DNA from: Candidatus Poribacteria bacterium
GTDB lineage: Bacteria > Poribacteria > WGA-4E > GCA-2687025
Length of the DNA stretch: 64,000 nucleotides
Assembly (NCBI GenBank): GCA_016866785.1
Contig: VGLH01000001.1
Coordinates: 7,356 to 71,355 of the forward strand
Reading direction: 5' to 3'
Shown: one piece after another, positions 39,966 to 50,482 of the stretch
How the letters are laid out: each line of letters begins with the position of its first letter
Numbering within the stretch: position 1 is the first letter of the stretch
Translations under genes and position numbers: made by a program
Notes under the pieces: model-generated
What the model saw: only the letters and a program-made list of their open reading frames with translations
Databases searched by the model: none
Told to the model about the DNA's origin: nothing

Positions 39966-41462
39966 TTAGGATGCCGTCTCGGGCCGCATCTGCGGGAACA
40001 GAACGACGTCACGAATCGTCGCGCTGTCCGTGAGGATCATCGCGATGCGGTCGATGCCGATGCCTAAGCCTCCCGTCGGCGGCATCCCGTATTCCAGCGC
40101 TCGCAGGAAGTCCTCATCCAGAGGGTGCGCCTCCTCGTCGCCTCCGGCGGCGAGTCGAGCTTGCTCGACGAAGCGGAGCCGTTGAATGATGGGGTCATTG
40201 AGCTCGCTGAACGCGTTCCCGACCTCCATCCGAGCGATGTACGGTTCAAACCGCTCGACGAATCGTGGGTCCCCTCGCTTGGCTTTGGCGAGCGGCGACA
40301 CCTCGACGGGGTAATCGTAGATGATCGTTGGTTGGACGAGTGTTGCTTCGACGCACTCCTCGAACAGCTCGGCGACGAGATTGCCCCACGAGTCCGGCAG
40401 CGCCTCTGGACCTTCTTCGGAGCGCCGAGCGTCCGACAGGAGGCGCTGGAGCTCACCGGCGCTCAGGTTTCGCACATCGACGCCGAGCACCTCGCGGATT
40501 GACTCGACCATCGTCACGCGCCGCCACGGGGGCGTCAGATCGAGTGTCTCGCTTTGGTACTGGGCGACGAGACCGCCGTTGACCGCCTGTGCCGAACGCA
40601 CAACCAGGTCCTGCACCAGGTCCATCATCATCCCGTAGTCCGCGTATGCCTGGTAGCACTCCATCAGAGTGAACTCGGGGTTGTGCGAGCGGTCGATGCC
40701 CTCGTTCCTGAAATCCCGAGAGAACTCGTAGACGCGCTCCATGCCGCCGACGATCAGCCGCTTCAAATAGAGCTCGTTCGAGATGCGAAGATAGAGCGTC
40801 CTGTCGAGCGCGTTGTGATGTGTCGTGAAGGGCCGCGCCGCTGCTCCGCCGTAAAGAGGCTGAAGAACTGGCGTCTCGACCTCAAGATAGCCGAGCTCGT
40901 CGAGTCGGCTTCGGATGGCTTGAACGATCGCGGCGCGCTTGCGGAAGACGTCGACAACGCTCGGGTTGGCGATGAGATCGACGTAACGCTGACGGTAGCG
41001 TGTCTCGACATCGGTGAGCCCGTGCCACTTCTCCGGCAGGGGCCGCAGCGACTTGCTCAGGAGCACAACCTCACTCGCCTGGACGGTCAACTCGCCCATT
41101 CGAGTCCGGAAGACGGTTCCCTCGATGCCGAGGATGTCGCCTAAGTCGAAGTCGCCGAACTGCGTAAACGCCTCCTCGCCAACGACATCGAGGCGCACGT
41201 AGATCTGGAGCTCCCCGGTGGCATCGCGGATATGGGCGAAGGCGCTCTTGCCGTGCGACCGCCGAGTCATCATTCTGCCCGCGATGCGCACGCGGTGAGC
41301 GCCCTCTTCGATGGACTGCTGGTCGCCGAAGGCTGTGTGGAGCGCTTGCGCCGAATGAGTCGGCTCGTACGCGTACGGATAGGGATCGATCCCGTTCTGG
41401 CGCAGAAGAGCCAGCTTATCGCGGCGCTGCTGCATCAGGGCGTTGGTGTCGTCAGTCTGCAC
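39966..41462 (-). CDS. lysS: Lysine--tRNA ligase (class II)
   Basis: RYRQRYVDL, GGAAARPF, FRNEGID..HNPEF, YGMPPTGGLGIGIDR. Confidence 0.98.
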   Translation of the reverse strand: MQTDDTNALMQQRRDKLALLRQNGIDPYPYAYEPTHSAQALHTAFGDQQSIEEGAHRVRIAGRMMTRRSHGKSAFAHIRDATGELQIYVRLDVVGEEAFTQFGDFDLGDILGIEGTVFRTRMGELTVQASEVVLLSKSLRPLPEKWHGLTDVETRYRQRYVDLIANPSVVDVFRKRAAIVQAIRSRLDELGYLEVETPVLQPLYGGAAARPFTTHHNALDRTLYLRISNELYLKRLIVGGMERVYEFSRDFRNEGIDRSHNPEFTLMECYQAYADYGMMMDLVQDLVVRSAQAVNGGLVAQYQSETLDLTPPWRRVTMVESIREVLGVDVRNLSAGELQRLLSDARRSEEGPEALPDSWGNLVAELFEECVEATLVQPTIIYDYPVEVSPLAKAKRGDPRFVERFEPYIARMEVGNAFSELNDPIIQRLRFVEQARLAAGGDEEAHPLDEDFLRALEYGMPPTGGLGIGIDRIAMILTDSATIRDVVLFPQMRPETAS

Positions 41463-41488
41463 GGAAGAATGCTCCGGATCGATGTGAA

Positions 41489-42592
41489 TCAGTATTCGTC
41501 TTCTTCCTCGCCGAGGTCGTCGGTGTCCTCATCCGGTTTGTCGATCCGGATTCGGACATTCTGGCCAGCGCCGGCGCGGTTCGCTTCCGGAAGCTTGCGT
41601 ATCTCGAACGCCACAGGCGTGCCCTCGGGCAGGTCGTCGTACAGCAGATCGGGAGATAGATCCGTCAGGTGGAAGAAGTAGTCGAGTCCGTCGACCGAGC
41701 TGCGGATGAATCCGTAGCCCTTGTCTGCCATCTTGGATTTCACGTACCCGGTGTGCGAGTCTCCGATTGCCGGTCGCGCGCCATCTGGGCTCGCGGAGAG
41801 CAGAGGTCGTCCCATGGCTTCCTCGTCGCCATCCGGCCGCTGGCGGCGAAATCTATCGCGGCACTCGTCGCAGAAGAACCGCTGGCCCGGACGTGGATGG
41901 AACGTGGTCCACACGTCACGGGGTCCTGCATGGAACGACGACTCGCAACGGATCCGGTGCGGCAGGTACCTGAGCTCAACGTCATGGAGAAGCTCGTCGA
42001 TCCAGATCACATCGAAGTCGCGCACGCGCGCGTCATCGCGCGGATCCCAGAGCTCTTGGGCGCAGCTTCCCCGAACGCTGGCGATCACGACTCGCTTGCC
42101 GAGCATTCGCGTGTATCGGAGCACAGGAACGAAGTCTCGGTCGCCCAGCACGACCATCGCAATGTCGTACACCTGCGGGACAGCAGCCAGGTAGAGCATC
42201 GACGCGGCGAGGGAGATGTCGACGCACTTTTCGCGCGGCTCGAACGTATCGCCAGCCGCGCGGTCCGCTGCACGCAGGCGTCTGCCACGAAAGTCGATCG
42301 GGTACGCCTCCACTTCGTAGTGGAAGTCTTCGCGAAGGCGGTCGAAGAAGTCACGCTGCCGCTGGACCGCCTCCTCATCCTGGTGGTCGTAGTTCGCGGC
42401 GTAGCTGCCGAAGAGGTACGTGCGCACAATGTCGAGCTCGGTATCAGGAAGCTGGTCCTTGAGCTGCCTGGCGAGAACCGGTGGCAGCTTGCCGAAGTCG
42501 ATCCGGAAGTCGGTTCGGCCGTAGATTTCGCTGAGTCTGGGAAGATTGCCGTAGAGCCAAGTGCCGTCGATGAATACCATCACCTTCGCCAC
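41489..42592 (-). CDS. NYN (LabA/DUF88) domain + putative Zn-ribbon + cold-shock domain protein
   Basis: FIDG, EKCVD and GDRDF NYN catalytic motifs; C-x4-H...CxxC; KGYGFI and FFH (RNP1/RNP2 of CSD); acidic tail. Confidence 0.8.
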   Translation of the reverse strand: MAKVMVFIDGTWLYGNLPRLSEIYGRTDFRIDFGKLPPVLARQLKDQLPDTELDIVRTYLFGSYAANYDHQDEEAVQRQRDFFDRLREDFHYEVEAYPIDFRGRRLRAADRAAGDTFEPREKCVDISLAASMLYLAAVPQVYDIAMVVLGDRDFVPVLRYTRMLGKRVVIASVRGSCAQELWDPRDDARVRDFDVIWIDELLHDVELRYLPHRIRCESSFHAGPRDVWTTFHPRPGQRFFCDECRDRFRRQRPDGDEEAMGRPLLSASPDGARPAIGDSHTGYVKSKMADKGYGFIRSSVDGLDYFFHLTDLSPDLLYDDLPEGTPVAFEIRKLPEANRAGAGQNVRIRIDKPDEDTDDLGEEEDEY

Positions 42593-42833
42593 GCACGGTT
42601 CTCCTAGCGCAGACCGTTCTTACATCTCGCAGTCACGGCAAACAACAGCACCGGCACGATGTTACTTGACCCAAGCAGACCAATACAAGGCGCGCGCCGG
42701 TTCCCACGCAGCCTGGGCGTGCGTTCTGCCCAGCCTCGTGATACAGTCCGCATTCGTGCGACGATCGCTGACATGCCTGCGAGATGCGATCGCCGACAAC
42801 CGGTGGGACCGACTGAACAGGGGTTGAGGATCG

Positions 42834-43604
42834 ATGTCGATGTCACTGACTGAGCAACAGCTCGAGGCGTTTCGACGCGACGGGTACATCCGGCTCGACG
42901 GCTTGTTCAGCGACGAGGAGGTGTCGGTACTGCGTCGAAATGTGGACCGCGCTCAGTCTTCGACGACGACATGGACCTCTCGCGACCGCGAGGCGGGGCA
43001 AGTAGCGTTGGCGCTGTGGACCCAAGCCGGCGACTCGGCGTACGCCGACCTGTATCGACTGCCACGACTCGTCATCCCCGCCAGACAGCTATTGGGCGAC
43101 GATATCTACCACTGGCATTCGAAGATCAGCTTCAAGCCGCCGAGAACCGGAGCGTCGTGGCACTGGCATCAGGATTACGGCTACTGGTTCCACGACGGCT
43201 GTCTCACCGCTAACATGCTGTCCGCCATGGTGTTCATCGACCCGGCGCGTGAGGACAACGGTTGCCTGCGGTTCCTCGTCGGCGCGCACAGTGAGGGTCG
43301 CTTCGAACACGACGCCGTCGATGCCGGCACCGAGGGCAAGCAGACCGGTATGTCCCTGTCTTTGGTGGAGGAACTCCGACGCAAGTACCCGGAGCGCAGC
43401 ATGATTGGCGACCCGGGCGATGTCGTGTTCTGGCATTCGAACCTGCCGCACGCATCAGCGACCAATCGGTCGGAACACGGGCGTCTCGCCGTCATCGTCT
43501 GCTACAACGCGATGGGGAACGACCCCGGGCCCGGGCGAGGACACGGCAAACCGGTGCCCATCGAAACGGCTTCCGACGAATCACTGCTTCGCGCCAGAAC
43601 CTAG
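42834..43604 (+). CDS. Phytanoyl-CoA dioxygenase (PhyH) family Fe(II)/2OG oxygenase
   Basis: FRRDGY, WHQDYGYW (HxD), NGCL, GDVVFWHSNLPHAS..N. Confidence 0.92.
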   Translation: MSMSLTEQQLEAFRRDGYIRLDGLFSDEEVSVLRRNVDRAQSSTTTWTSRDREAGQVALALWTQAGDSAYADLYRLPRLVIPARQLLGDDIYHWHSKISFKPPRTGASWHWHQDYGYWFHDGCLTANMLSAMVFIDPAREDNGCLRFLVGAHSEGRFEHDAVDAGTEGKQTGMSLSLVEELRRKYPERSMIGDPGDVVFWHSNLPHASATNRSEHGRLAVIVCYNAMGNDPGPGRGHGKPVPIETASDESLLRART

Positions 43605-43636
43605 ACGATACGCTGCACCGCTCGAGGAGGGCCCTT

Positions 43637-45601
43637 GTGGCACGCGTCACGACCGCAACGCTCCTGGGTGAGATGACCGACCTTTCCGGGCTCGCCACGA
43701 AGCCCGATCCGTTCTACACGACGTGCCAATTCTCGTCGTACGACCGCCGGTCCGTCGCTCCGGACAAGCCCGGCTGGTTCGCCAACGGCGACAACGCCAA
43801 CACAACCGACCGACGACACTACATCCGTGACGAGAAGGTCGGGAACCGGGTGGAGCACGTGTTGGCGGATATGCGAGGTCCCGGAGCGTTGGTCCGGTTC
43901 TGGTCGGCGAACCCATGGGTGGGCGAAGGCGGCAAACTGCGCGTCTACCTCGACGACGACCCGACGCCGGTCATCGAAGCAGACCTCATGGAGCTCGTGA
44001 ACGGGAAGGCGAGAATCCCGGAGCCGTTCACGTCGCGAGCGGCGGGCGGAGCCGGGAACGTCTACTTCCCGATTCCGTTCGCCCAGAGCTGTAAGGTGAC
44101 GCACGACGCGGACTGGCGAGGGTTCTACTACCAGGTCAACTTCCGCCGTTACGTCTCATCCGCCGACGTGGAGTCCTTCGCTCCGAACCATCTCACCGAG
44201 CACGCGGACGTGATCCGCGAAGTCGGCGCACGTCTGGCGGATCCGATGAACCTGGTGGTCGAGGCTCTCGACGGACATGAGATCGACGTGACCGTCAGTC
44301 CCGGTTCGCGGGGCGATGCCGTCATCCTCGACGGGCCCGCTGCGATTGGCACGATCACGCTTCGCGTCTCGGCTCCCGATCCCCGCGCCGCGCTGCGTCA
44401 GACGCTGCTCCAGGTCTACTTCGACGCGTCGCCCACGCCCCAGATCGAAAGCCCATTGGGCGACTTCTTCGGCGCAGGACCCGGCGTCTGTCCATACCAA
44501 TCGCTGCCTTTCGTCGTGGAACCGGACGGCACGATGCACTGCCGCCTCGTGATGCCGTTCGCCCACTCGGCGCGCGTTCACATCGCAAACTTCGGCAAGC
44601 AGACCGTGACGGTAACCGGTGGCGTCGTGCGAACGCCCCATACGTGGTCTGCTCAATCGATGCACCTTCGCGCGAAGTGGCGCGTCACGCACGGCGCGGT
44701 GGGCAGCCCGGACGGGTACGACATGACCTACCTGATCCTGCATGGATCGGGCGTCTGGGTCGGCACCGCTCTCATGATCATGAATCCCACCGACATTCCA
44801 ACGCCCGGCGGCGGATGGTGGGGTGAGGGAGACGAGAAGGTCTACGTCGACGGCGAGTCGTTCCCCAGTACGTTTGGAACCGGTTCTGAGGACTACTTCG
44901 GCTATTCCTGGAGCTCCCCTGACCTGTTCCAGGGCCCGCTGATCGGTCAGCCGAGGTGCGACGGACCGGGGAACCGGGGGTTCACGTCCAACTACCGGTG
45001 GCACATCCTGGACGCCCTGCCTTTCGCGAAGAGCCTCGAGTTCCTGATGGAACTCCAAACCCATGTGCCGACACCCGGGATCACCTACGCGCGCATCGGC
45101 TACTGCTACACGACGCCCGGCGCACGTGACGACCATCCGCAGATCCATGCGGCGATGCTGCGCATCGAGGACCCGCCAGCGTGGATCGTTCGTGCTGCAG
45201 GAGCTGCCCAGAACTCGACCGTGCTCGAAGCAGAGGACCTGGCTCGGAGCGGCATCGAAGCCGACGTGCAACACGATGCTCGTTGGTCGAACGTTGCGCA
45301 GGTGGGGTGGGATGGGACGCCCGGAGACGTGCTATCGCTGTCGCTGCCGATTGAGGAAGCCGGCAAGTACCGGGTGATTCTCTGTCTGACCACCCGTCCA
45401 GGCGGCGGGACCTGCCGTATCGCGCTGTCCGGCAACGCCGTCGATCACGCGTTCGATCTGTCGCATCCGTCGTTGACAATGACCCGCGAAGTCGATGCCG
45501 GCATCCACGACCTGGCGGCGGGCGACGCCGAACTGTCGCTGATCTGCCAGGTCGCGGGCGCGATTGGCATCGACTACGTCCGTTTGGCGCGAGCCCAGTA
45601 G
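43637..45601 (+). CDS. DUF2961 / GH172 glycoside hydrolase
   Basis: SSYDR, GPGA, PLGDFFG, WWGEGDEK, GTGSEDYF. Confidence 0.88.
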   Translation: MARVTTATLLGEMTDLSGLATKPDPFYTTCQFSSYDRRSVAPDKPGWFANGDNANTTDRRHYIRDEKVGNRVEHVLADMRGPGALVRFWSANPWVGEGGKLRVYLDDDPTPVIEADLMELVNGKARIPEPFTSRAAGGAGNVYFPIPFAQSCKVTHDADWRGFYYQVNFRRYVSSADVESFAPNHLTEHADVIREVGARLADPMNLVVEALDGHEIDVTVSPGSRGDAVILDGPAAIGTITLRVSAPDPRAALRQTLLQVYFDASPTPQIESPLGDFFGAGPGVCPYQSLPFVVEPDGTMHCRLVMPFAHSARVHIANFGKQTVTVTGGVVRTPHTWSAQSMHLRAKWRVTHGAVGSPDGYDMTYLILHGSGVWVGTALMIMNPTDIPTPGGGWWGEGDEKVYVDGESFPSTFGTGSEDYFGYSWSSPDLFQGPLIGQPRCDGPGNRGFTSNYRWHILDALPFAKSLEFLMELQTHVPTPGITYARIGYCYTTPGARDDHPQIHAAMLRIEDPPAWIVRAAGAAQNSTVLEAEDLARSGIEADVQHDARWSNVAQVGWDGTPGDVLSLSLPIEEAGKYRVILCLTTRPGGGTCRIALSGNAVDHAFDLSHPSLTMTREVDAGIHDLAAGDAELSLICQVAGAIGIDYVRLARAQ

Positions 45602-45627
45602 CCTCACGGCGACCGGGCTCCGCTGGA

Positions 45628-46650
45628 CTACTTGTCAGTCGTGACGATGACGCCCCACGATCCGGCGGCGAAGGCTTTCCCCGTCGGTGTGACGGCGAGC
45701 CCGTGCAGGGCTTCGTTGACGCCGGACTTCTGCTTCTTCCAGGTCTTGCCGCCATCGGTCGTGGCGAGGACGGTTCCACCGTCTCCGCAGACCCAACCGC
45801 GCTTGGGGTCCGACTTCAGAAACGCGATATCGTAGAGGTCGTAGTAGTCGTCTTGCGCCTCGTTGTCCACGCGCGTCCATGTCTTGCCGGCGTCAGTCGT
45901 GTGCAGAATCGTCGCCTCTTGCCCGACGATCCAGCCCTCGGTCGCTGACGTGAACGCGATACCGTAGAGGTTCTCCGACGCTCCGATTCCGCCTTCGGGA
46001 GCCTCCCAGTTCAGTCCGCCGTCCGTGCTCATCGCGGCTGTGCCCGAGGACCCGACCACCCAGCCCAGTTCCGGCGTCGCGAAGGCAATCGCCTCATAGA
46101 TCGTTCGGTTGTCACCAGCCCTGGCTCTGGCTCCCGAGACGACGGTTTCCCACGTCTTGCCGGCGTCCGATGTCCGAGCGAGCGTGCGGTTGTCCCCGGT
46201 AACGAAGCCCACGTCTGCCGTGACGAACGTGAGATCGACGAGTCGGTTCCCGCCTCCGGAGTTGGCGCGACTCCACGTCTCGCCTCCGTCCTCGGTCGTG
46301 AGCAGCGCTCCCCCGCCACCCGCGATCCACGCTCGCTTGGCGTCGAGCGCCGAGATACGCCACAACTGCGTGTTCTGCGACATCGCGGCGAACCGAGGAT
46401 TCGCATTCGGCGGCGGCGCAGGCATCGCCTGTTTGACCCACGTCTTGCCGCCGTCGGACGTGCGCAGGATGGTTCCGCCGTCTCCCGCCGCCCAGCCGTT
46501 CATGTCGTCGGCGAACGACACGGCGCGGAGGTCCGCCTGAATGCCGTCGTCTCGCGTGAAATCGTCCTGTCGGCTCGTCGTCCACTGTCCGTGCGCCGCC
46601 GCCGCCACTAGGAAGCCCACGGCGCACAACGCAGCGAATCGAGTTCTCAT
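45628..46650 (-). CDS. Secreted YCF48/BNR-repeat beta-propeller protein
   Basis: Signal peptide; repeated GW-x-x-G-x-x-G...T-x-D-G-G-x-T-W blades. Confidence 0.9.
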   Translation of the reverse strand: MRTRFAALCAVGFLVAAAAHGQWTTSRQDDFTRDDGIQADLRAVSFADDMNGWAAGDGGTILRTSDGGKTWVKQAMPAPPPNANPRFAAMSQNTQLWRISALDAKRAWIAGGGGALLTTEDGGETWSRANSGGGNRLVDLTFVTADVGFVTGDNRTLARTSDAGKTWETVVSGARARAGDNRTIYEAIAFATPELGWVVGSSGTAAMSTDGGLNWEAPEGGIGASENLYGIAFTSATEGWIVGQEATILHTTDAGKTWTRVDNEAQDDYYDLYDIAFLKSDPKRGWVCGDGGTVLATTDGGKTWKKQKSGVNEALHGLAVTPTGKAFAAGSWGVIVTTDK

Positions 46651-46689
46651 CGCATGTCTCCTCTCTGCCGTGACGCCGACTTGCGTCAC

Positions 46690-48009
46690 TCAGATGGTCA
46701 GAACGACGAAGAAGTCATTGGGCCCGGTGACCAGGTCGAGGTGTAGAAGCACGCCATGCGCCCCGATCCATTGCACGTCCCCAACGTTGTTGTCGTAGAG
46801 CCGCAGATGCCGATGGTCGCCCCACAACATCAGGGCATATGGCATCGGCTTCGGCGAGTCGAGGCTGAAGTCGAGGCGGATCTGCTCCCGGTCGCGCGTG
46901 GGCGACAGGACAGACAAGCTGGGCGCCTCGTACTCCAGCAGGTACTTGGATTGCGTGGCTGGCGACACGTAGTTGTGAAAGACCGTCGGTGCCCCTGATT
47001 CTCGCTCGAAGACGTACTGGGCGCGCGAATCGTAGTAGAGCACGCGCACGGAAGCGTCGGCTACGGTCACCTCACCGTCGGACAGGACCAGAAGCTGCGG
47101 CTCCGTCTCGGCGAATCGCTCGCTGTACAGCCGAACCTGGTCCCCGACGGAGGCGTGCGGAATCCCCTGCTCCTCCAGCGATCGCCAGAGCGCCACGCAG
47201 CGTTCACGCTCGTCGTCGGTCCAAATCGCGCACGCGGTCGCCGCTAGCGTCTGGATCGACGCCGACCAAGCCCCCAGCCTCGGCGTGGCTCGCGACGCCT
47301 CGATGATTCTGAGAACCGTGTCGATCGGCAAGGGATCGCCGCCGACGGTCATCTCTCCGACGTCTCGATCCACGTCGTGGCTGTGGCGTCCGAGCGCTCG
47401 CCCGGAATCCCGCGGCAAACCTACCAAAGGAGTCGCCGGGCTCCCCGCCGACTGGAACCGCGCACGCGACACGAAGAAGCATCCGAACGGACACCCACGA
47501 TCCTGTGACCGGCGCGACGCCTCGTTCCACCGGTAACCCCAGAGCCCGGCAAATCCAAGACTCACCAGCGCATCGACCAGCGGCTCCGTTTTCAGGTCCG
47601 AGCCCGCCAGCGTGATCTTCGCCCACGGCAGCAGCGCAACGACACGGTCCCGTTCCGCCTGCACGCGCGCTCTCAGGTCCTCCTTCTGGCGAACCATTCC
47701 CTCTGCCGCGCTCCGAGCATCGGTTGCCTCGACCGACTCGCCCAGCCAGTTCTGGACGTCGAGCCACAGGATGATGTCTTCGTCGCGGCTCGACGGGTCG
47801 GCGGCTCGACGAGACTCGCGACGTTCGTTGAGCCATGTCGCTGAATTGCGAGCGGCCCGAACGTCCAGGGCCCATGAGACCGGAACGCCGGTTGCATCGG
47901 CAGCAGCAGCGGCTTCCACCATGCCCTTGCGGACGCGGGCAAGGTCCTCCCCGACGGCGTCGATGACGACCGTGTGATGAGACCAACCGCTACCGCTTTG
48001 GTCACTCAT
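46690..48009 (-). CDS. Hypothetical protein (439 aa)
   Basis: Long ORF coupled to pabC upstream (ATGA overlap), protein-like composition; no family recognised. Confidence 0.6.
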   Translation of the reverse strand: MSDQSGSGWSHHTVVIDAVGEDLARVRKGMVEAAAAADATGVPVSWALDVRAARNSATWLNERRESRRAADPSSRDEDIILWLDVQNWLGESVEATDARSAAEGMVRQKEDLRARVQAERDRVVALLPWAKITLAGSDLKTEPLVDALVSLGFAGLWGYRWNEASRRSQDRGCPFGCFFVSRARFQSAGSPATPLVGLPRDSGRALGRHSHDVDRDVGEMTVGGDPLPIDTVLRIIEASRATPRLGAWSASIQTLAATACAIWTDDERERCVALWRSLEEQGIPHASVGDQVRLYSERFAETEPQLLVLSDGEVTVADASVRVLYYDSRAQYVFERESGAPTVFHNYVSPATQSKYLLEYEAPSLSVLSPTRDREQIRLDFSLDSPKPMPYALMLWGDHRHLRLYDNNVGDVQWIGAHGVLLHLDLVTGPNDFFVVLTI

Positions 48010-48830
48010 AGGGCATCATAGCCGTGGCGCAGGTCCAGCGTGATGGAACCAGCCTGACCGGTACCGACCGGCATACCGTCGTGTTCGACCACAGGAACGA
48101 CGCCCGACGCGGCGTTCGTGACGAACACCTCGTCCGCCGCGAGGAGTGCGGCGAAGTCGAACGCACGCTCCTCGACTCCGATCCTCTTCGACTTGGCGAT
48201 GCCAACTACGGTGCTCCGCGTCACTCCGCTGAGCAGGGGCAGATCAGCCGGAGGCGTCACCAGGACGCCGCGCATCACGGCGAAGACGTTCGACGCACAA
48301 CCTTCGAGCACGGTTCCAGCAGGATCCGCCCAGATCGCCTCGTCGTATCCCTTCGCCTGCGCAGACTCGCGCGCGAGGATGTTGTCCGCGCAGCCCGTCG
48401 TCTTGTAGCGCGCCATCGCAGTGTACCGAGGTTCCGGCAAAGACATCGTCCGTATGCCGTTGACACTCCACGCGCCAGCCACGTCACGGACGTGGACGAT
48501 CGTGATCGCTTCGTCGATCTCTTCACCACATCCGACGGTCACCCGTACGACCACGTCGGACGAATGCGCAGCCTCCGCCGTCGCCTGTTCCACGAGTCCC
48601 TCCCACTGAACCTCAGTTCCGAAGGGATCGCGGATGCGAAGGTGGCGCAGGGCTCCTCGCAGTCGAGCTAGGTGTCGGTCGGGATGGACGACGCCGCGAC
48701 CTGCCCGCCAGCGCATCGTCTCGAACGCGCCGTGACCGTACAGCACGAGCCTCGTCGATGGGGAGACGCCGCCGTCCTCAGCCTTCGCCAGCCGACCATC
48801 CGTCCAGACGTACGTCGCCACGATTGCCAT
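48006..48830 (-). CDS. pabC: Class IV aminotransferase / aminodeoxychorismate lyase
   Basis: YGHGAFETMR, HLARL, YKTT, EGCASNVF, LSGVTR; directly downstream of pabB. Confidence 0.8.
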   Translation of the reverse strand: MAIVATYVWTDGRLAKAEDGGVSPSTRLVLYGHGAFETMRWRAGRGVVHPDRHLARLRGALRHLRIRDPFGTEVQWEGLVEQATAEAAHSSDVVVRVTVGCGEEIDEAITIVHVRDVAGAWSVNGIRTMSLPEPRYTAMARYKTTGCADNILARESAQAKGYDEAIWADPAGTVLEGCASNVFAVMRGVLVTPPADLPLLSGVTRSTVVGIAKSKRIGVEERAFDFAALLAADEVFVTNAASGVVPVVEHDGMPVGTGQAGSITLDLRHGYDAL

Positions 48831-48831
48831 G

Positions 48832-50295
48832 TCATACGCCGTATCGATGCGTCCGAGAACCAGCGTACGGCGGGTCTGCCAGCGCCGCAAGCAAGGGCTG
48901 TGCCTTCGTCATCGACTCCTCATACTCCGCAACGGGGTCGGAATCGGCAACGATGCCGCTTCCGGCTCCCATGTATGCATTCCCGTCGTGTAAGACGACC
49001 GTGCGGATGGCGATGTTGAGGTCGAATGAGCCGGAGAAGTCCACGTACCCGACGGCTCCGGTGTAGTAGCCGCGAGGAACCGGCTCCAGCTCATCGATGA
49101 TCTGCATCGCCCGGATCTTGGGCGCCCCGGTGATCGATCCGCCCGGGAACGTCGCGCGAAGCATGTCGGCAAAGCCCACGCCTTCGCGAGCCGTGCCCTC
49201 GATGGTCGCAACAGTGTGCAGGACGTTGGCGTATTCCTCAATGGTGCGGAGCACGGGTACGTGAACTGAGCCGTACTCGCAGACTCGCCCGATGTCGTTG
49301 CGTTCCAGGTCGACGATCATGACGAGTTCTGCGGCGTCCTTGGCGCTGACGAGGAGCTCCGCCGCGTGCGCAGCGTCCTCGTCGGGCGTCGTCCCACGGG
49401 GTCGGGTGCCCTTGATGGGTCGGGTTTCGAGACATCGTGTGGCAGGATCGAATCTGAGGAACCGCTCGGGGGAGGTGCTCAGCACGGTCGATTGACCGAG
49501 ATCGACGCACGCAGCGTAGGGGGAGGGATTGGCAGCCCGCAGCCGGGAGTAGAGTTCCAGCGGCGAGCCCTCCCAGCGGGCAACGAGTCTCTGGGTCAGG
49601 TTGATCTGGTAGACATCCCCGGCGGTGATGTACTCCTGCACTCTCTTGACCGCGAGGCAGAAAGACTCCTGCGTCATGCTGCTCAAAGCCGGTTCAGCGA
49701 ACCGGCGGCCGCGCACGGTTCGGACGCGCTCTTCCGGCGCGTGCCGAGGGGTGCGGCAGGCATCGAGTGCCGTGTTGACCCATCCACGGTTCGGGGCATC
49801 GGGCACGTTGCAGTGGAACGCCGAGGCCGTGCGACAACGGTGGTCGAACGCCAGCACGTCGGCGTAGAAGGCGAGTGCGATGTCCGGGTGCTCCGGGCTC
49901 TTCGGGTCCTCGGGCGCGGGAGTGTCGGTCCAGAGCCGAAGGTCGTAGGACCACGCCCCGACGGCTCCTGCGGTGAACGGGCTGCCATGGCTGAGCGGCA
50001 ACGTGCGATACTGGTCCAGACAGCGCTGCAGGGCTTCGAGCGGATGGGCAACGTGGATCGAGCGATCCAGGAGCCCTCTCTGCCCAAAGCGAGACTCGAC
50101 GATCCTCGAACCCCATGCTTCAAACGTCAGGAAGGGGTCTACGCCCAGGAACGACCAGCCGTCGGCGTAACCGATGGTCGGAACCGTCTCCAGGAGGAAC
50201 GGGCGTGCCGGGGAGTGACGCTCCAGGATCGTAGAGAAGACGTCGAATGGCCCGGCGACGGTATCTGTCGTCGCCACGCAGTCGACAGTGTACAT
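48832..50295 (-). CDS. pabB: Aminodeoxychorismate synthase component I
   Basis: GDVYQINL, SPERFL, PIKGTRPRG, MIVDLERNDIGR, FPGGSITGAPKIRAM. Confidence 0.92.
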   Translation of the reverse strand: MYTVDCVATTDTVAGPFDVFSTILERHSPARPFLLETVPTIGYADGWSFLGVDPFLTFEAWGSRIVESRFGQRGLLDRSIHVAHPLEALQRCLDQYRTLPLSHGSPFTAGAVGAWSYDLRLWTDTPAPEDPKSPEHPDIALAFYADVLAFDHRCRTASAFHCNVPDAPNRGWVNTALDACRTPRHAPEERVRTVRGRRFAEPALSSMTQESFCLAVKRVQEYITAGDVYQINLTQRLVARWEGSPLELYSRLRAANPSPYAACVDLGQSTVLSTSPERFLRFDPATRCLETRPIKGTRPRGTTPDEDAAHAAELLVSAKDAAELVMIVDLERNDIGRVCEYGSVHVPVLRTIEEYANVLHTVATIEGTAREGVGFADMLRATFPGGSITGAPKIRAMQIIDELEPVPRGYYTGAVGYVDFSGSFDLNIAIRTVVLHDGNAYMGAGSGIVADSDPVAEYEESMTKAQPLLAALADPPYAGSRTHRYGV

Positions 50296-50482
50296 CGTTG
50301 CCTCGATGGGACCGCCAGGGCGACGGGGTGCGTGGGTAGACGGTAGCACTCGCCGCGTGGCTCGTCAAGGAAGTGCGACAGGTCTCGTCACCGGACGGAC
50401 GAAAGGCGGCGACGGTTGCCAGACCGCATCGACGTCCATATCATCCATTGAGTCCGCTAGCTGCGAACGTCGAGGACCCGCG

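Noticed and set aside
45628..46650. Repeated DNA segments such as GTCTTGCCG(G/C)CGTC as a possible repeat array
   Set aside because: They encode the T-x-D-G-G-K-T-W propeller repeats; not CRISPR-like
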